Assembly (NCBI GenBank): GCA_013265495.1
Contig: MU059259.1
Span: forward strand, 558,001 to 622,000
Direction of reading: 5' to 3'
Source of the DNA: Vicugna vicugna
Lineage: Eukaryota
DNA length: 64,000 bases
Shown here in pieces: positions 11,401 through 24,600 of this stretch (positions within the stretch are counted from its first letter, which is position 1; every line of letters begins with the position of its first letter). Position numbers and translations under genes: made by a program. The notes beneath the pieces are model-generated. The model was not told where the DNA came from, made no database searches, and was given only the letters and a program-made list of their open reading frames with translations.

Positions 11401-14400
11401 GCTGCTGGGAGCGTGGAAGCAGAAGCCTGGCATCTGGGCCAACAGGGGCACATCAGTCTGGCTGCACATTTCCAAATCTCCCGTCCCACAGCACCCCAAG
11501 CTCACAGTGGGCACTGGGCAGCCCAGCCGGGGGCGTTCGGCCAAGGCAGGCACTGAGCAAGGCCCTGTATGTCAGCCCCACTTCTGGAGAATCTTCTAAA
11601 CAAGGTCTGTTGGCCCCACTGCTCTCCCCTCTAGCATCACCTCTCAGACCCCAGACCCTGAGCCTGCCGGTGGGGAGACTGGTGGCCACCAGCAGGAGAG
11701 GCCCCTTGGCAAGAGGGCAGCCCTTCCCCTCCTGGGCCATGGCTGGGGCAGGCGGACTTGCTGTGCTAGGAGTGCCCCCCCAACCCCCGCCAGCCAGGCC
11801 CTCCAGGCGGCCCTCCCTGGCGTGGGATCCAAACAGACCCACCACGAGGGGCCACAGTTGTGCTGCTCAGAGCCAAAATTCAGAGCCTGTGACAGGTATG
11901 GCCTTTTTCCCACTGGACACAAACAACCAAGATAAACGGAGAGACAGACAGACAGTACCTTGGGTGTTCTGGGCACTCGAGGGCATCTGGAAAAGAAGGG
12001 TTAGCACCTCAGGACAGTCCCCAGAGGCCCAGATCCACTTCTCTACCCTCAGAAGACCATCTCTCACTTCTTGCCTGCAGTGAGCACAAGGCTCCAGGTG
12101 CTAGGGCCAGCCTGCCCCCTCCTGATGCAACTCCACCCAAAGGCACCCTCAGGAGAGCTCATCTCAGTGGGGTCAGGGCTGTGTGGACTTCGCAGGGACA
12201 GACAGGGGGCCTGGCTGTTGAGGCAAGAGGGCATGGACTCTGTGGACTAGATGGGGCACCATAGGCTTGTATATTTGGTCCTCTGACTGATCACACCATC
12301 TTGTCATTTTCTCTAGCGCTGACCAGGCTCCCCCTAGCAGAGCCAGGGCCCAACGCAGCAGGTGCTCAGCAGCTCCCGCCCTCTGCCCAGGGGTGGTACA
12401 GCGGGTGGGAGGAACATGCTGTGGGCCAGGTGGGTCTGAGTGCCACTCAGGCCCCGCACCCCTTGGACTTGCAGCATAGCCACTCAGGGCTCCAGGCCCT
12501 CACTGTGAGATGGACAGACACCTCCCAGGAGGGCTGCTGTGGGAGGAGGGGACAGCCTTGGAGCAGGAATGGGCAACAGCTGCTCGCAGGGCCAGCCCCA
12601 GCCTCCATGGGACCCGGAAAGGCCTCCCATCTCCAGAGAGCTGGCCAGCACCTGCTACCCGGCACTAGCTGTGCAGCAGGACGGGGAAGGGTGGCTGGAG
12701 CCCAGTGAGCCCGCGTCCGGCTCCCACGCCCACTTCTCACCTGCAGAAGCTGTGGCGGCAGGCCCCGGGCACCAGCCTGGAGCGGGGTGGGGGCCTGGGC
12801 CTTCCTCTCTCGAACGACCTCCATGCAGCCGGCAGTGTCGATCTGGAACAGCTGAGGATGTGTGTGACACGCTTGATGCCATGTGACAGGAGGCCCTTCG
12901 CCGCCCGTCCTGAGGCCCCCTCCACCCCAACAAGGACCGAGCCGATGAGGCGCTCGTGGTGGGAGCCGCTCTCATGGAGAAGACCCAAAGCCCCTAAGGG
13001 AGTGACCATGCCTGCATGGGTCACGCCCTAACCTGGACGCGGGGACTCAAGGCTGCCACAGTGCTGGCTGCCTTTCCTGCCCTGATTCAGACCATGGGAC
13101 GTCCAGTGCACCTGTCGTGACAGCCTCTTGTCCCCTGAGCTTCCACTTCCACACTGGGGCTCCCCTCCCAGCCCTTCCCCACGGGGTTTAGCTGACATCC
13201 GCAGGAGCACTGCACCGTGGCTGCTCCTCCACCTTAACTCGCCCACTGAGTCACAGGCCACTGAAGAACTTTAGAAAGTTGGGCTTTGATAAGGAAGTGC
13301 CACACCAGGTGGCATCTTACCTGAATAAAGAGGGTAAACACTGGGGTGCTGGCCAGGTGGGCGCCCCGCAGCCGCTGCCTGATGCCATCAGCTAAAGGGA
13401 CAAGGACACATGTGCCAAGTGGCCTCAACTACCAGCCTCCTCTCCCCCACGCCCGAGAGCCCCAGACTGGGTACCAGGCAAGGGGCCCCGAAGAACCCCA
13501 AATCCAGCTGCCGCTACACTCAATCAGAAAACAGGGCAAGGGTCCAGGGGGCAGGCTGGCCCTGACTGGCCCTCAGCACAAATTCGGGGAAAAGCACTCC
13601 TGAGCCCCAAGAGCCCCATCCCCTGGAGAACGTGACCAGCTCTCTGGAACCTGCACGCAGGCGCCCACACATTTCAGATCCCGAGAAGATGCTCGTGTTC
13701 AGGCCTGAATGTGCGGTCAATTCCTGGGCTGACCACGTGTGCTAAGGGGGTCGGGAGAGGCAAATTCCAGACACCCCACAGGTCAACACTGGGCGGGTGG
13801 CCCCTCCTGTTTCTGCCTCGCCCCAACAGAACAGGTGTGACCAGCTGTGTCTGTGGGTGCCCCCCTCCCCCTTCCTCTCCCCTGGCCCTGGGCCCCACAG
13901 GAGGCTCCCGAGGGGAAGGAGCCCTGAGGTAGTACCTTGACTGTGCACTACAGCAGGCCTCAGGGGAGCGCACGGCAGGACGACATCGCCTACCCACGGG
14001 CTCACAGCCATCAGAAGCTGGCGCTCTAGGAGCCTCCTCTGCAGGGCGTGTCTCTGGCGCCGCCGCCTGCTCCCCATGGTCCCCTGCCACAGCGGCTGCA
14101 CCCGGGGCCTGGCCACGCCACTGCCATTGGGGCTGGGCTGCCTCCGCTTCTCCTTCTGCGGGGAGAGAAAGGGACCTGGGCGTTTTGGCCAGGCTCAGCT
14201 CCGGGGCTGCCCAAGCCCCACCCTTACTGTCCCCCCTCCCGCCATGTGCTGGTGGGGTGGGACACTCAGGCTGGGAGCAGGGGATGGGGGACAAGGTGGT
14301 TTGTAGGGACTGGGGTGATCCTGGCGGCCTGGAGTGGTGTGAGCGGCCTCGGGCAGGCCCTTACCAGCACCCGGCAGTGGGCAGCCGTGTTGGTCCTGAG

Positions 14401-15627
14401 CACCTGCAGCACTGTCTCCAAGGGCACTGTGAGCGGATGTCTCCCCACCTGGCGAGAGACCGTGTGAGGCTGGCTGCCCCCTGGGCTGCACACGCAGCTC
14501 CTCACCCCAAAGCGCACCGCATCCACACTCCAGGTTAGTGGAAATGCTCACTGGAGTGTGGTGGCCTCAGGCAGGGCCACCCCCTCAGGAGGGTAGTGGG
14601 TCCCTAAGGCCTGGCCCCGTGATGCTGCTGGGCCGGAACATACCCAGGACTGACCGAGTCCCCATTCCCCCAGGCAGCTCCCTGAGCTGACGGTATCATA
14701 TGCTGCAGACAAAGTTGGAACCGGGGCTTCAGGCCCGTAGTTACAGGAGCTGTGGGTATCCGCTGTCCCCTTGGGCGTCACAGAGTGGACTTCGAGCCTC
14801 ACCCAGGACAGACCAGCCAGTCTGAACGTGGCCAGAGCCGAGTCTGCGCCCGGAGCCTCAGCACCTCTGAGACCAGCCAGGATACGCCTCAACTTGACTA
14901 GCCAAGCTGGGCCTGAGCTGGTGGACAGTGAGACCCTCCATGGGGAGCTCCTCGGACTTGGGGAGACTAGGAGGAAACAGCTCCTCCCTGCTTCCCCCAC
15001 CTTCCTCCCTGTAGCTTTCCCACAGGGCTTTTCAAGCCAAACAGTTGTGGGAAATGGAGGTGGCCGGCCTCAATGGGGAGAGCTGCCACCCTGGGTGCAG
15101 CTGCCCTGGAGTGGCCAGGAGTGAGCACCTTGATGAGTGAGGAGGGGCTGTCTGCCCCGCACACACGGGGCCCAGTGGGCATGCGACAGTGCAGCCCGCC
15201 ACCCCCCACGTCATCCAGACTCGGTGACAACCGCGCAGGGCCATGCCCACTTGCCTGCTGCCTACCTCGTCTGCCTCTGAGCTCGAGGGGTGAGCATCTG
15301 CTGAGCGCAGACATCCGACACCTCTCTGGCCAGGGCTCTGGGTCCCAGCAACGACCTGCGGCCGGCTGGCCTCCTCTGTGGGGGCTGAGACTGTGGTGCA
15401 AGCTCTTCTGCCCCCACCCTGGGCTGTGCTGGAGCCACCAGGAGGGCTGGGGGAGGCAGCGCAGCGGCCCGGCCGGCCCCCTGCTCCTCCTCCCCACAGC
15501 TCCTTGGCGCTCTGCCTGGCGGGAACCCACAGGTCCAAGTCCGGCACAGTGTGCGGGGTTGGCGGCAGCGCCGGGCCATCCTCCAGGGCCTCCTCCGGCT
15601 CTGGCTCCGAGTCCTCGCTGCTGTCGC

Positions 15628-15670
<43 letters not shown>

Positions 15671-18600
15671 GCCAGGCCCATGGCTGCTGTCCTCACTGCT
15701 GGAGCTCCACTGCACTCTGCGAAGGGGCCGCCGCCGCCGCCGGCCCCCCCGCCGCTGCTTCTGCTGTGGGGGAAGGGCTGGCTGGAGGTTCTGGCCGCCC
15801 AGGGCTCACCGATAGGGACAACGGGCAGGCCAGCCAGCCCTTTGGGGAGAGGCCTCGAGTGGGCACGCCTCCAGGGGGCAGGGGGCTTGGCTGGGCGGTG
15901 CTGGAAGCAACCCTTCCACCCGTTTTGAAGCCAGAGGGTCCCGACCAGGCCAGGTCTCTCTCTGCCCTTGGCCCCATGGAAGAAAACACCCCTTCTCCCT
16001 CTGCCAGCCGCTCTGCCCTCATCCCCCAGTGTGACGCCAGCCCCGCAGGCGACGGGCCTGCTGGCCTGCTTTCAGCGAAGCCTCACCCTGACCATGATCT
16101 TCCACTTGCTCAGGCACTGCGAGCCCGTCCGATGGGGTAGTTCAGAGGCTATTTTTGCCCAGTGACCTACAAGAGCAAACGACACAGAAATCACTTCTTA
16201 CAAACAGGTTTCCTCAGCACAAGTTTATCAGCTTGGAAAAAAGGACTCTTTCCTAAGACGCATTTGTGTTTCCCGTCAGAACGGATCGGTGAGAAGTTGG
16301 GCACCTGGTTCCCGGTGGATACACAGCCCCTCAGGGAGCTCCAGCAACGCACAACCACAAGGAGGAGCCTTGTGAAGTGGCCCGTGTGCGCCTCCTGTGG
16401 CCAGGCGTCTAATCAGGCGTTTCTTTCTTTAAAAAATATTTTATTATTGTGTTATTTTTATTTTGGTGGGAGGGGGAGTTTTATTTAATTAGCTTTACTT
16501 ATTTTTAAAGAAGGTACCAGGGATTGAACCCAGGACCTCATGCATGCTAAGGCACTCTACCACTTGAGCTGTGCCCTCCCCCCACTTGAGCTGTGCCCTC
16601 CCCCCATTGAGCTGTGCCCTCCCCCACTTGAGCTGTGCCCTCCCCCACTTGAGCTGTGCCCTCCCCCCACTTGAGCTGTGCCCTTGCCCCCAGACATTTC
16701 AAATTATTTGGTGTTTCCTTCCAGACAGTTGCTGGTGGGATGGAAACGGGCGCACTGCTTCTACAGGGCAGTCTGATCACCTGTGACAGAAGCCTTACGA
16801 CTCCACATACCCTTGAACCCAGCAATGCCATATCTGGGATTTTTTTGGGGGGGAGATATTGCGAATATAAGCACAGATTTAGCTCTTAAACCCTCAGCTC
16901 ATTCCAGCCCTGTAACCAACAATGCCAACAACTTAAATGTCCATCGATAGAATACTGGCTGAGTAGCCTACAATACTATCACTCAGAGGAATATACCACA
17001 GTTATGGAAAATAACGCTGGAACACAGAATGTGTAAAGACACGGAAAAATACTCGTAGCAGACAACATAACGACAGAATGAAGTAGAAACAGCCGGCTCA
17101 ATTAAACTAAATGGAATGACTCAATCTAGTGAGCTGCCTTTTCCTGGGAAAGCACCAAGCACAGAGAAGGACTGGGCGAGCGCACACCAGCCAGCGGGGC
17201 CGCCTCTGGCGACGAGAGAGGAACTACGTCACTCTCCTTTCCATACATCTCTGCTTCTAAATGTCCTACAATGAATGTGAACTAGCCTGTAAAAGGGAAA
17301 AACGCCACCACGTGCTGAGATGATGAAAAACGAGGCGGAAGAGTTGGTGGCCAGGAAGGCAGCCTGGGATCGGCGCAAACTGCCAACCTCCAGGGGTGTG
17401 TGCAAACCTCCACTGTGAACTCAAAGCTGTCAGGAACCCCCAGAGAGCAAATGTACCAAGAACTTGCTGGAGGTGCCAAGATGGTGGAGAAGGAAGACCC
17501 TAAACTTCCCTCCTCCCACAACACCCCAGAATTACAATTGCTTACAGAGCAATCCTACATGAGAATGATCTTGAGACCTACAGGTTTCCCACGACAGAAG
17601 GCGTGGACAGGGCACCACAGTGAGATGGGGGGGCGGGGGCGTGGTGCAGGCAGGACCCACGCCCCCGGGTCAGCGACCCACAAAGGGAGCGGTGTCACAG
17701 CTGCAGAAGGCTTTCTCCAGGAGCGAGGGCTCTGAGCCCCACATCGGGCTCCCCAGCCCAGCGGGCCCTGCACCAGGAAGATGAGCTCCCAGAACGTCTG
17801 GGTTTGAAAGCCACAAGGTTTACATACATTCGGGAGAGCCAGGGGCCATGGGAAACAGACTCCGCTCTTGGACGGCACACATAATCTCATGTGCTCTAAG
17901 AGGCCAGCACAGAGGCATCAGCTTGGAAGGAGCCTGGGTCAGAAATGCTTGCCAATCACAGAGAGCCTCCCAGGAGGATGGAGATGTGGAGCCTCTGGGG
18001 ATGGAGATGCGGCGGCAGCCGTCTGGAGCTCAGTCCACTGCAGTAACACCAGAGCTGGCGGCCCTATCAGCCCGGGAACGCGGCCGCCCACCAGCTGCAG
18101 GCAGCAGCCCGCACCAACCCTCCTCCAACCCCGGGTGTGCAGCCAACCATGGGGGAAGCCTACCCTGCCCTCCAGCAGGTCCACGGCCACTGCACGAGGC
18201 ATGGCCTTGCAGCCAACTGGACCAAGGCCCAGCCCCACCTGCTGCCACCCCTACAGTTGATCCCACCACAGCAGAAGGGCCCACACAGCCCACACTGGGG
18301 GCACCCCCAGAACATATAGCTCTTGTGACCAGAGGAGATTATGCTGCTGGCCTCACTGGCCACCTTCTGCCTAAGGCCACTTCTTCATGATCGGGAAATG
18401 TAACTGACCTGCCTGACAGTAAACACACAGAATTAGGCAAAGTGAAACTGACAGTAACGTGTTGATAGCGGGGACTTTAACAGCCAACTTACAACAATGG
18501 ACAGATCATCCGGACAAAAAGTCAGTAAGGAAGCACTGACCTTAAATGACATACAAGACCATACAGAATTCATAGACATTCACAGAACATTTCATCCCCA

Positions 18601-21600
18601 AACAGAATATACATTCTTCTCAGGTGCACATGGAACATTCGCCAGGATAGATCACATGCGAGGCTACGAAACAAGTCTTGATAAATTTAAGATTGAAATA
18701 GTATCAAGTGCCTTTTCTAGAAATGAACGAGAAAAACTTGAAAAACACAAACATGAGAAAGCTAAACCATCTGCTGCCTAACGACCAATGGGCCACTGAA
18801 AAGTCAAAAAGGAAACAAGTAACTGGAGACAAAAGCAGGACGCAGCAAAAGCAGTTCTAAGAGGGAAGGTTAACAACGCACGCCTGCCTCAGGAAGCAAG
18901 AAAGGCCCAAGGCAACAACCTCGCCTCGTGCCTAAGGGACCAGGAAACGCAGCGCAAAGCCCAGCGTAAGCAGGAGGAGGAAAACAATAAAAACCAGAGT
19001 AGAAACAAGTAAGGGCTTAAACAATAATAGGAAAGATGAATGAAATTAAGAGCTGCTTATTTGAAAAGATAAAATTGATAAACCTTAGCCAGACTCATCA
19101 AGAGAGAGAGCCCAACTCAGTAAAATCAGAAATGGGAAGAAGTTGCAACCAACACCACAGAAATACAAAGGATCATATAAGATTACTATGAAAAATTATC
19201 CACCAATAAACTGGAAAATCTGCACGAAATGGATCAAATCCTAAAAAGTACACTCACCTGAGACTGAGTCAGAAAGAAACAGAAAAGATGAACCAAACGA
19301 TTACCGGCAATAAAACTGAATCCACATAAAGAGAATTCCCAACAAACAGAAGTGCAGGACCAGACGGCCGCACAGGTGAAGTCTCCGAAAACTCACGGGC
19401 TGTTTGAGCACCACCCCATGTTCACTGCAGTGCTGTTTACAGCAGCCGACACACGGAAGCCACCCAAGTGCCCACTGACACGACTGGATAAAGAAGAATG
19501 AACAAGATGTAGTTACTCTACAGTGGGCTATGACTCAGCCCTAAAAGAAAAGAAAAGAAGAAGAAAGGAATCTTGCCACTTGCGACAACAGGGCAGGACC
19601 TAGAGGGTATAATGCCAAGTGAAGTAAGTCAGACAGAGAAAGACAAATACTGTGTGATCTCACTCACACATGGAATCTGAAAAATGAAACGAAACGAAAA
19701 GAAAGACTTACAGATACAGAGAACAAACGGACGGCTGCCAGGGGTGGGGTGGGGGGCGCAAAACCAGCGAAGGGGACTACGAAGCACAAACTTCCAGTCA
19801 TAAATTAAGCAAGTCACAGAGACGCAGTGCACGGCATAACACGGTCAACAGTATCACAGATACTTTGCACAGGGACAGACGGTCACTGACTTTGTTGTGA
19901 CTGTTCCGTAACACATGCAAATGTTCAGTCACCAGTAAGTGTGAAACTAAAAACACAGAAACAAAAAGTAAGAACTTACCAACACCGTATTTCTCTATTA
20001 ATTCAATTAACTTTTCTTCTTCTTTGGAATTCCATCGTCCCTTTTTCAGGCTAAAATGTAACCTTCTGAGATACCTGAAAGTGACATGAAGACAAAGGGA
20101 CATTTCAGAAGCTAAGATGGCCTCCCACCTGTCCTGGCGTCTGCAATCGCTTCCGAGCTATGACACCAAAAAATACAGCAACAAAAGAGAAATACAAATA
20201 AACTGGACTTCAGCAAAACTGAAAACTTCTGTGCGTCAAGGGCCACCATCAAGAAAGTAGAAAGACAAGCCACAGACTGGGAGAGACTGCCTGCAAACCA
20301 CGTACCTGGTGAGAGACCTGTGTCTGGAATACAGAAAGCGCTTTTCTAACTCAATTTTAAACATGGGCAAAGGGTAAGGACAGCTATTTCTTCAGATACA
20401 CAAACAGCCAATCAACACACAAAGGGATGCCCAACATCATCAGCTGTCAGGGGAACGTGAACCAGAAACACAACGAGGTACCACTTCACACCCACTACGA
20501 TGGCTGGACTCGAAAAGATAGTAAGTGTTGGCGAGGATGCAAAAACCGGAACCCTCCCACACGGCTGGTGGGAGTGTGAAATGGTCATCCCTCAGAAGTC
20601 AAGTCAACATGTGACCGACTCCACTCCCAGGCAGAGCTGAGAGAAGTGAATACACATCTGCACAAGAACGTGCACACAAACGCCGTTTTCACAGCTCGTC
20701 CATGACGCCAAGGTACCAGACTCTTGCTTATTTCTAAGGCTCAGTGACAGTCGATCGTCCACACGACATTAGGACCACCTTGTATTTATCCACTTAACTG
20801 CTGACGGACACTTCGGTTGCTTCCACCTTTGGGCTGCTCTAAGTGTTGCTATGAACGGGGGTGTAAAATATGTTTGAGTCCCTGATTTCAGCTCTCTTGG
20901 GTATGGGCTGGAATTGCTACATAATGTGGTAATTCCAAGTTTAACTTTTTTCCACGGTGGCTGCACCAATTTACATTCCCACCAGCAGTGTGCGAGGATT
21001 CCAACTTCTCCACATCCCCTCCAGCACTTGTTATTTCCGGTTTCTTAAAACCAATTGCCATCCTAGTGTGTGAAGTGGTATCTTTCTGTGGTTTCCATTT
21101 GTATTTCTATAATGACTAATCATGTTCGCATTTTTTCACATGCTTAATGGCCATTTGTATGTCTTCTTTGGAGAAATGTCTGTTCAAGTCCTCTGCCCAT
21201 TTTTGAATTGTTTTTTGTTAGGGAACAGCATTTGAGGGGTGATCAAAATGTTCTAAAATTGACTGTGATGATGGCTGCACATTTCAATGAATACACTCAA
21301 AATCACAGAACTGTAGTACGCTTTGAATAAATGAATTACATGTGAATTACATAATAAAGCTGTTACTAATCATTACGATAAAGCTGTTTTTTAAAAAAGC
21401 AAGCCAAGAGAAGGGGGAAGTGGAAGCTGCCCACCAGAGACCTGGGAGAGGGCTTTGGGCAGCAGGGCTCAGGGAAGCGGCCAGCCAGGGGATCTCAAAG
21501 GACACCAAGGGAGCTGTTTAGAAGCCACCTGCTTCCTGACTAGGTTAGCCCTGGCCCTCCACGCCCCTACAGTCACATCCTCCTCCTGCGCCAGCAGATC

Positions 21601-24600
21601 GCCCTGGGCCACAGCCTCCCAGCCCACCGGCGGCCCACACAGAAGCAACACCCGCAAGGCCCCCCTGCTCGGCGCCGTCCGACTCACCGATCTCGGCACT
21701 GGGCATCGCTCCTACCTGGCACCTCTTCCCGGATTTTAAACCAATCCTGCTCCCCGTATTTGGCAACTGCTTGAAGCAACTTCTGCAGGGAGAGACAAGC
21801 AGACAGGTGAGTGACCTCTGCTGGCTCAGTCACAACTTCCCCACCTTTAATTCAGTTTAACAAGGAGACATCAGGGGCCCAGTAGCCACTCAAGGCGTCT
21901 GGTTCTCCTCGTCTCCCACAGACTTACGGCATCTTCTTCTGGCGTCCAGAATCCTTTCTTCAGCCTGGGATCCAAGCTCTTGGTCCACCGGTAGATAAGC
22001 TGCATGGAGTCCCTCCCTTCCATGTAGTAGACGACTGGGGACAAAGAGGCCTTGTGGGCTGCACTTCCGGGCTCGCCTAGAAAGGCGTCACTGGCCGCAG
22101 GGAATTAAACTGTGGGTGCCCAGGACTGTATGACCGGTCTCCCGCCACCCCTCACAGCCTTGACTAGTGAGCCGCCTTGGCCTGGGGCCCCAGGACCTCC
22201 CAGTAGCCCAGCGACCCCGACCACGGTGCTGGAGCCAGGCAGCAGGGCGGACTCACTCCTCCGGTAGGGGATGTGGCTGCCGACACGCATCTCCTGCACG
22301 AGCTGGGTGAGCATGTGGTCCTCCTCCTCCGTCCACTCCTTGCGCTTCAGGGCCTTGTTGTGCTGCTGATACTTCTGCAGGCACTGGAAGGCGCTGCGGC
22401 AGGTCTGCCGAGGCCGAACCAGAGCAGAGTGGGGGTTACTAGGCGCTCATGTGCACAGGGAACGTCCAGGCGCCAAGCAGGTAATGTACTTCTGGGAAAC
22501 AATGACCTACTTACTCCTACCAGGCCCCTGGGGACAGTGGAAAGCACCCCCATGGGGGAAAACACGGGGTCCACTAAAGAAGAGCACAAACACCAGTGCA
22601 CGAGGGAAAATACATCCACAAAAAGTCATGACCCCACATTCATGTGACCCTAAACCATACTGCAAACTCAAATACCCAATGGAAACCTCAGCTCGGCCAG
22701 GTCTGCGGGAGGAGGGCCAGCCTGCACAGCACGGCTGGCACTGTGACTCTTATTTCGGAGCCCTGAGTTGGTCTCTCTGAAGTTTATGCCAGGGGGCAGC
22801 TGGCGGTGCACGCGGTGGGGGATACTGGACAGTCCTTGGTGTGGTGCCTGCGTCTGGGAACAGCTCACAGCAAGCTCCAAGTGCCTGTCAGCCTGCTTCC
22901 GCACCTTATAGCTGTGCACACCCCTGGGCTGCAGAGCAGGCGTTTTTGCCTGTATCTGTCCCCTCACTCATGTCCTCGTGGGCAAGTGGTTGTCTGTGGG
23001 CTGGCTAATGCTATCTGACTCTCTTTTCTCAAGTAAGCTTTCTCACAGGGAACAGGTGTGGTTGGACGTGTATGATCTGCTCGGCTATGAGCTCTGAATG
23101 TGGTGATGTCTCTTTAGATTCAACACCAAAAGCACAAACCATCGGAGAAATAATTTTCATAAGTGAGGTTTCATTACAATCAAAAACCTCTGCTCAATGA
23201 AAAACAATGTCAAGAAAATTAGAAGACAGGCCACAGACCAGGAGAAAATATTTGCAAAAGATGCATCTGACAAGGAACTGTTACCTAAAGTACCCAAAGA
23301 ACTCTTCAAAGTCAACAATGAGGAAATGAACCACCTGATTAAAAAATGGACCAAAGAGCTTAACACACACCTCACCAAAGAAGATACACGGACAGCAAGT
23401 AAGCGCACGAGAAGCAGCTCCACGCCACACGTCGTCAGGGAAAAGCAAGCTAAGCTGAGACACCCCCACACGTATATCAGGACGGCCAAAATGCCGCACG
23501 CTGGCAACGCCGGACGTGGTCGGGGCGGGGCTGCACGCCGCAGGAGCGCTCACCACCGCTGGCGTCCACACTACGCAGGGCGGGCACCCCGGAAGACGGC
23601 GTGGGGCTTCCTACAAAGCTAAATGTGTTTCTGCTGTATAAGCTGGCCAATGGTGCTCCTTTGTATTTGCCCAAAGGAGCTGAAAACTTCTGTCTACCCA
23701 GAAACCTGCACGCAGATGTTTACAGCAGTTTGATTCATAACTGATAAATTTTGGAGGCCCCCAAGATGCCCTTCAGTAGGTGAATGGATAAACATATTTT
23801 GGTCCATCCAAACAGTGATAGTATTCAGCATGAACAGGAAGTTACCAAGACACGACAAGATAAGGAAGAACCTTAAGATGCTTATGATCAAGCAAAAGAA
23901 GCCAACCTGAGAGGCTGCAGACTGTGTGAGTCCAGCTACAGGATGGCCCGAAAAGGCCAAACGATGGCGCTCGTCTTCCTAAATGATCACTGACTGCTGG
24001 GGGCGGGGCTGAGGGGGTGGCCGGGCAGAGCCCAGAGGACCCTTAGGACAGTGAAATCACTTTGTACGAGACCGTAACGGCGGGGACATGTCATCACACT
24101 TCTGCTGAAGCCCACAGAGTACACACCACCAGGAGCGAACCCACGGTCAACTACGGGCTTTGGGCGATGGCGACTTGTCAGCGCAGATCCACCCTCTGCA
24201 AGGACGCACCGTCAGGTGAGCGACGTTGCTGATGTGTGTGTGGAGGCGAAGGGTACGCGGGAAACAGCGGTACTTTCAGTTTTGCTGTGAACCTAAGCCC
24301 TAAAACCAGTCTTGATGAGCACTAAAAACATGAGGACATAAAACAGTTTTTTAAAAGCAGAATTTATCAAGTAAGTAAAAGCACGTGTACCAAATTACAG
24401 AGCCGCTAAGCATATAAAGAAAAACTGTTAAAGACGAGAGGACAAAAAAACTTTTTAACGTTTCCTCAGGTTCTAACCAAATTACATCAATGCAATTCTT
24501 TCAGAAACGAATGGCCCTAAAGAGTGAAATTTAGTAATATAATGAGCTCTATTTAACAGGCTTAGATGGCATCCTAGACTCTCAGAGCAGAGAACACGCT

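Noticed and set aside
15073-16140. 355-aa + strand ORF with poly-Cys, and other long ORFs with poly-Ala/Leu
   Set aside because: These are antisense or alternative-frame shadows of the SNAPC4 (AGC)n exon in GC-rich DNA, with no independent gene signals.
16561-16690. CRISPR-like direct-repeat array
   Set aside because: There are no unique spacers, the units are contiguous SINE-head copies, and the context is eukaryotic.
18497-18781. 94-aa ORF as a novel gene
   Set aside because: It is a decayed L1 ORF2 endonuclease segment.
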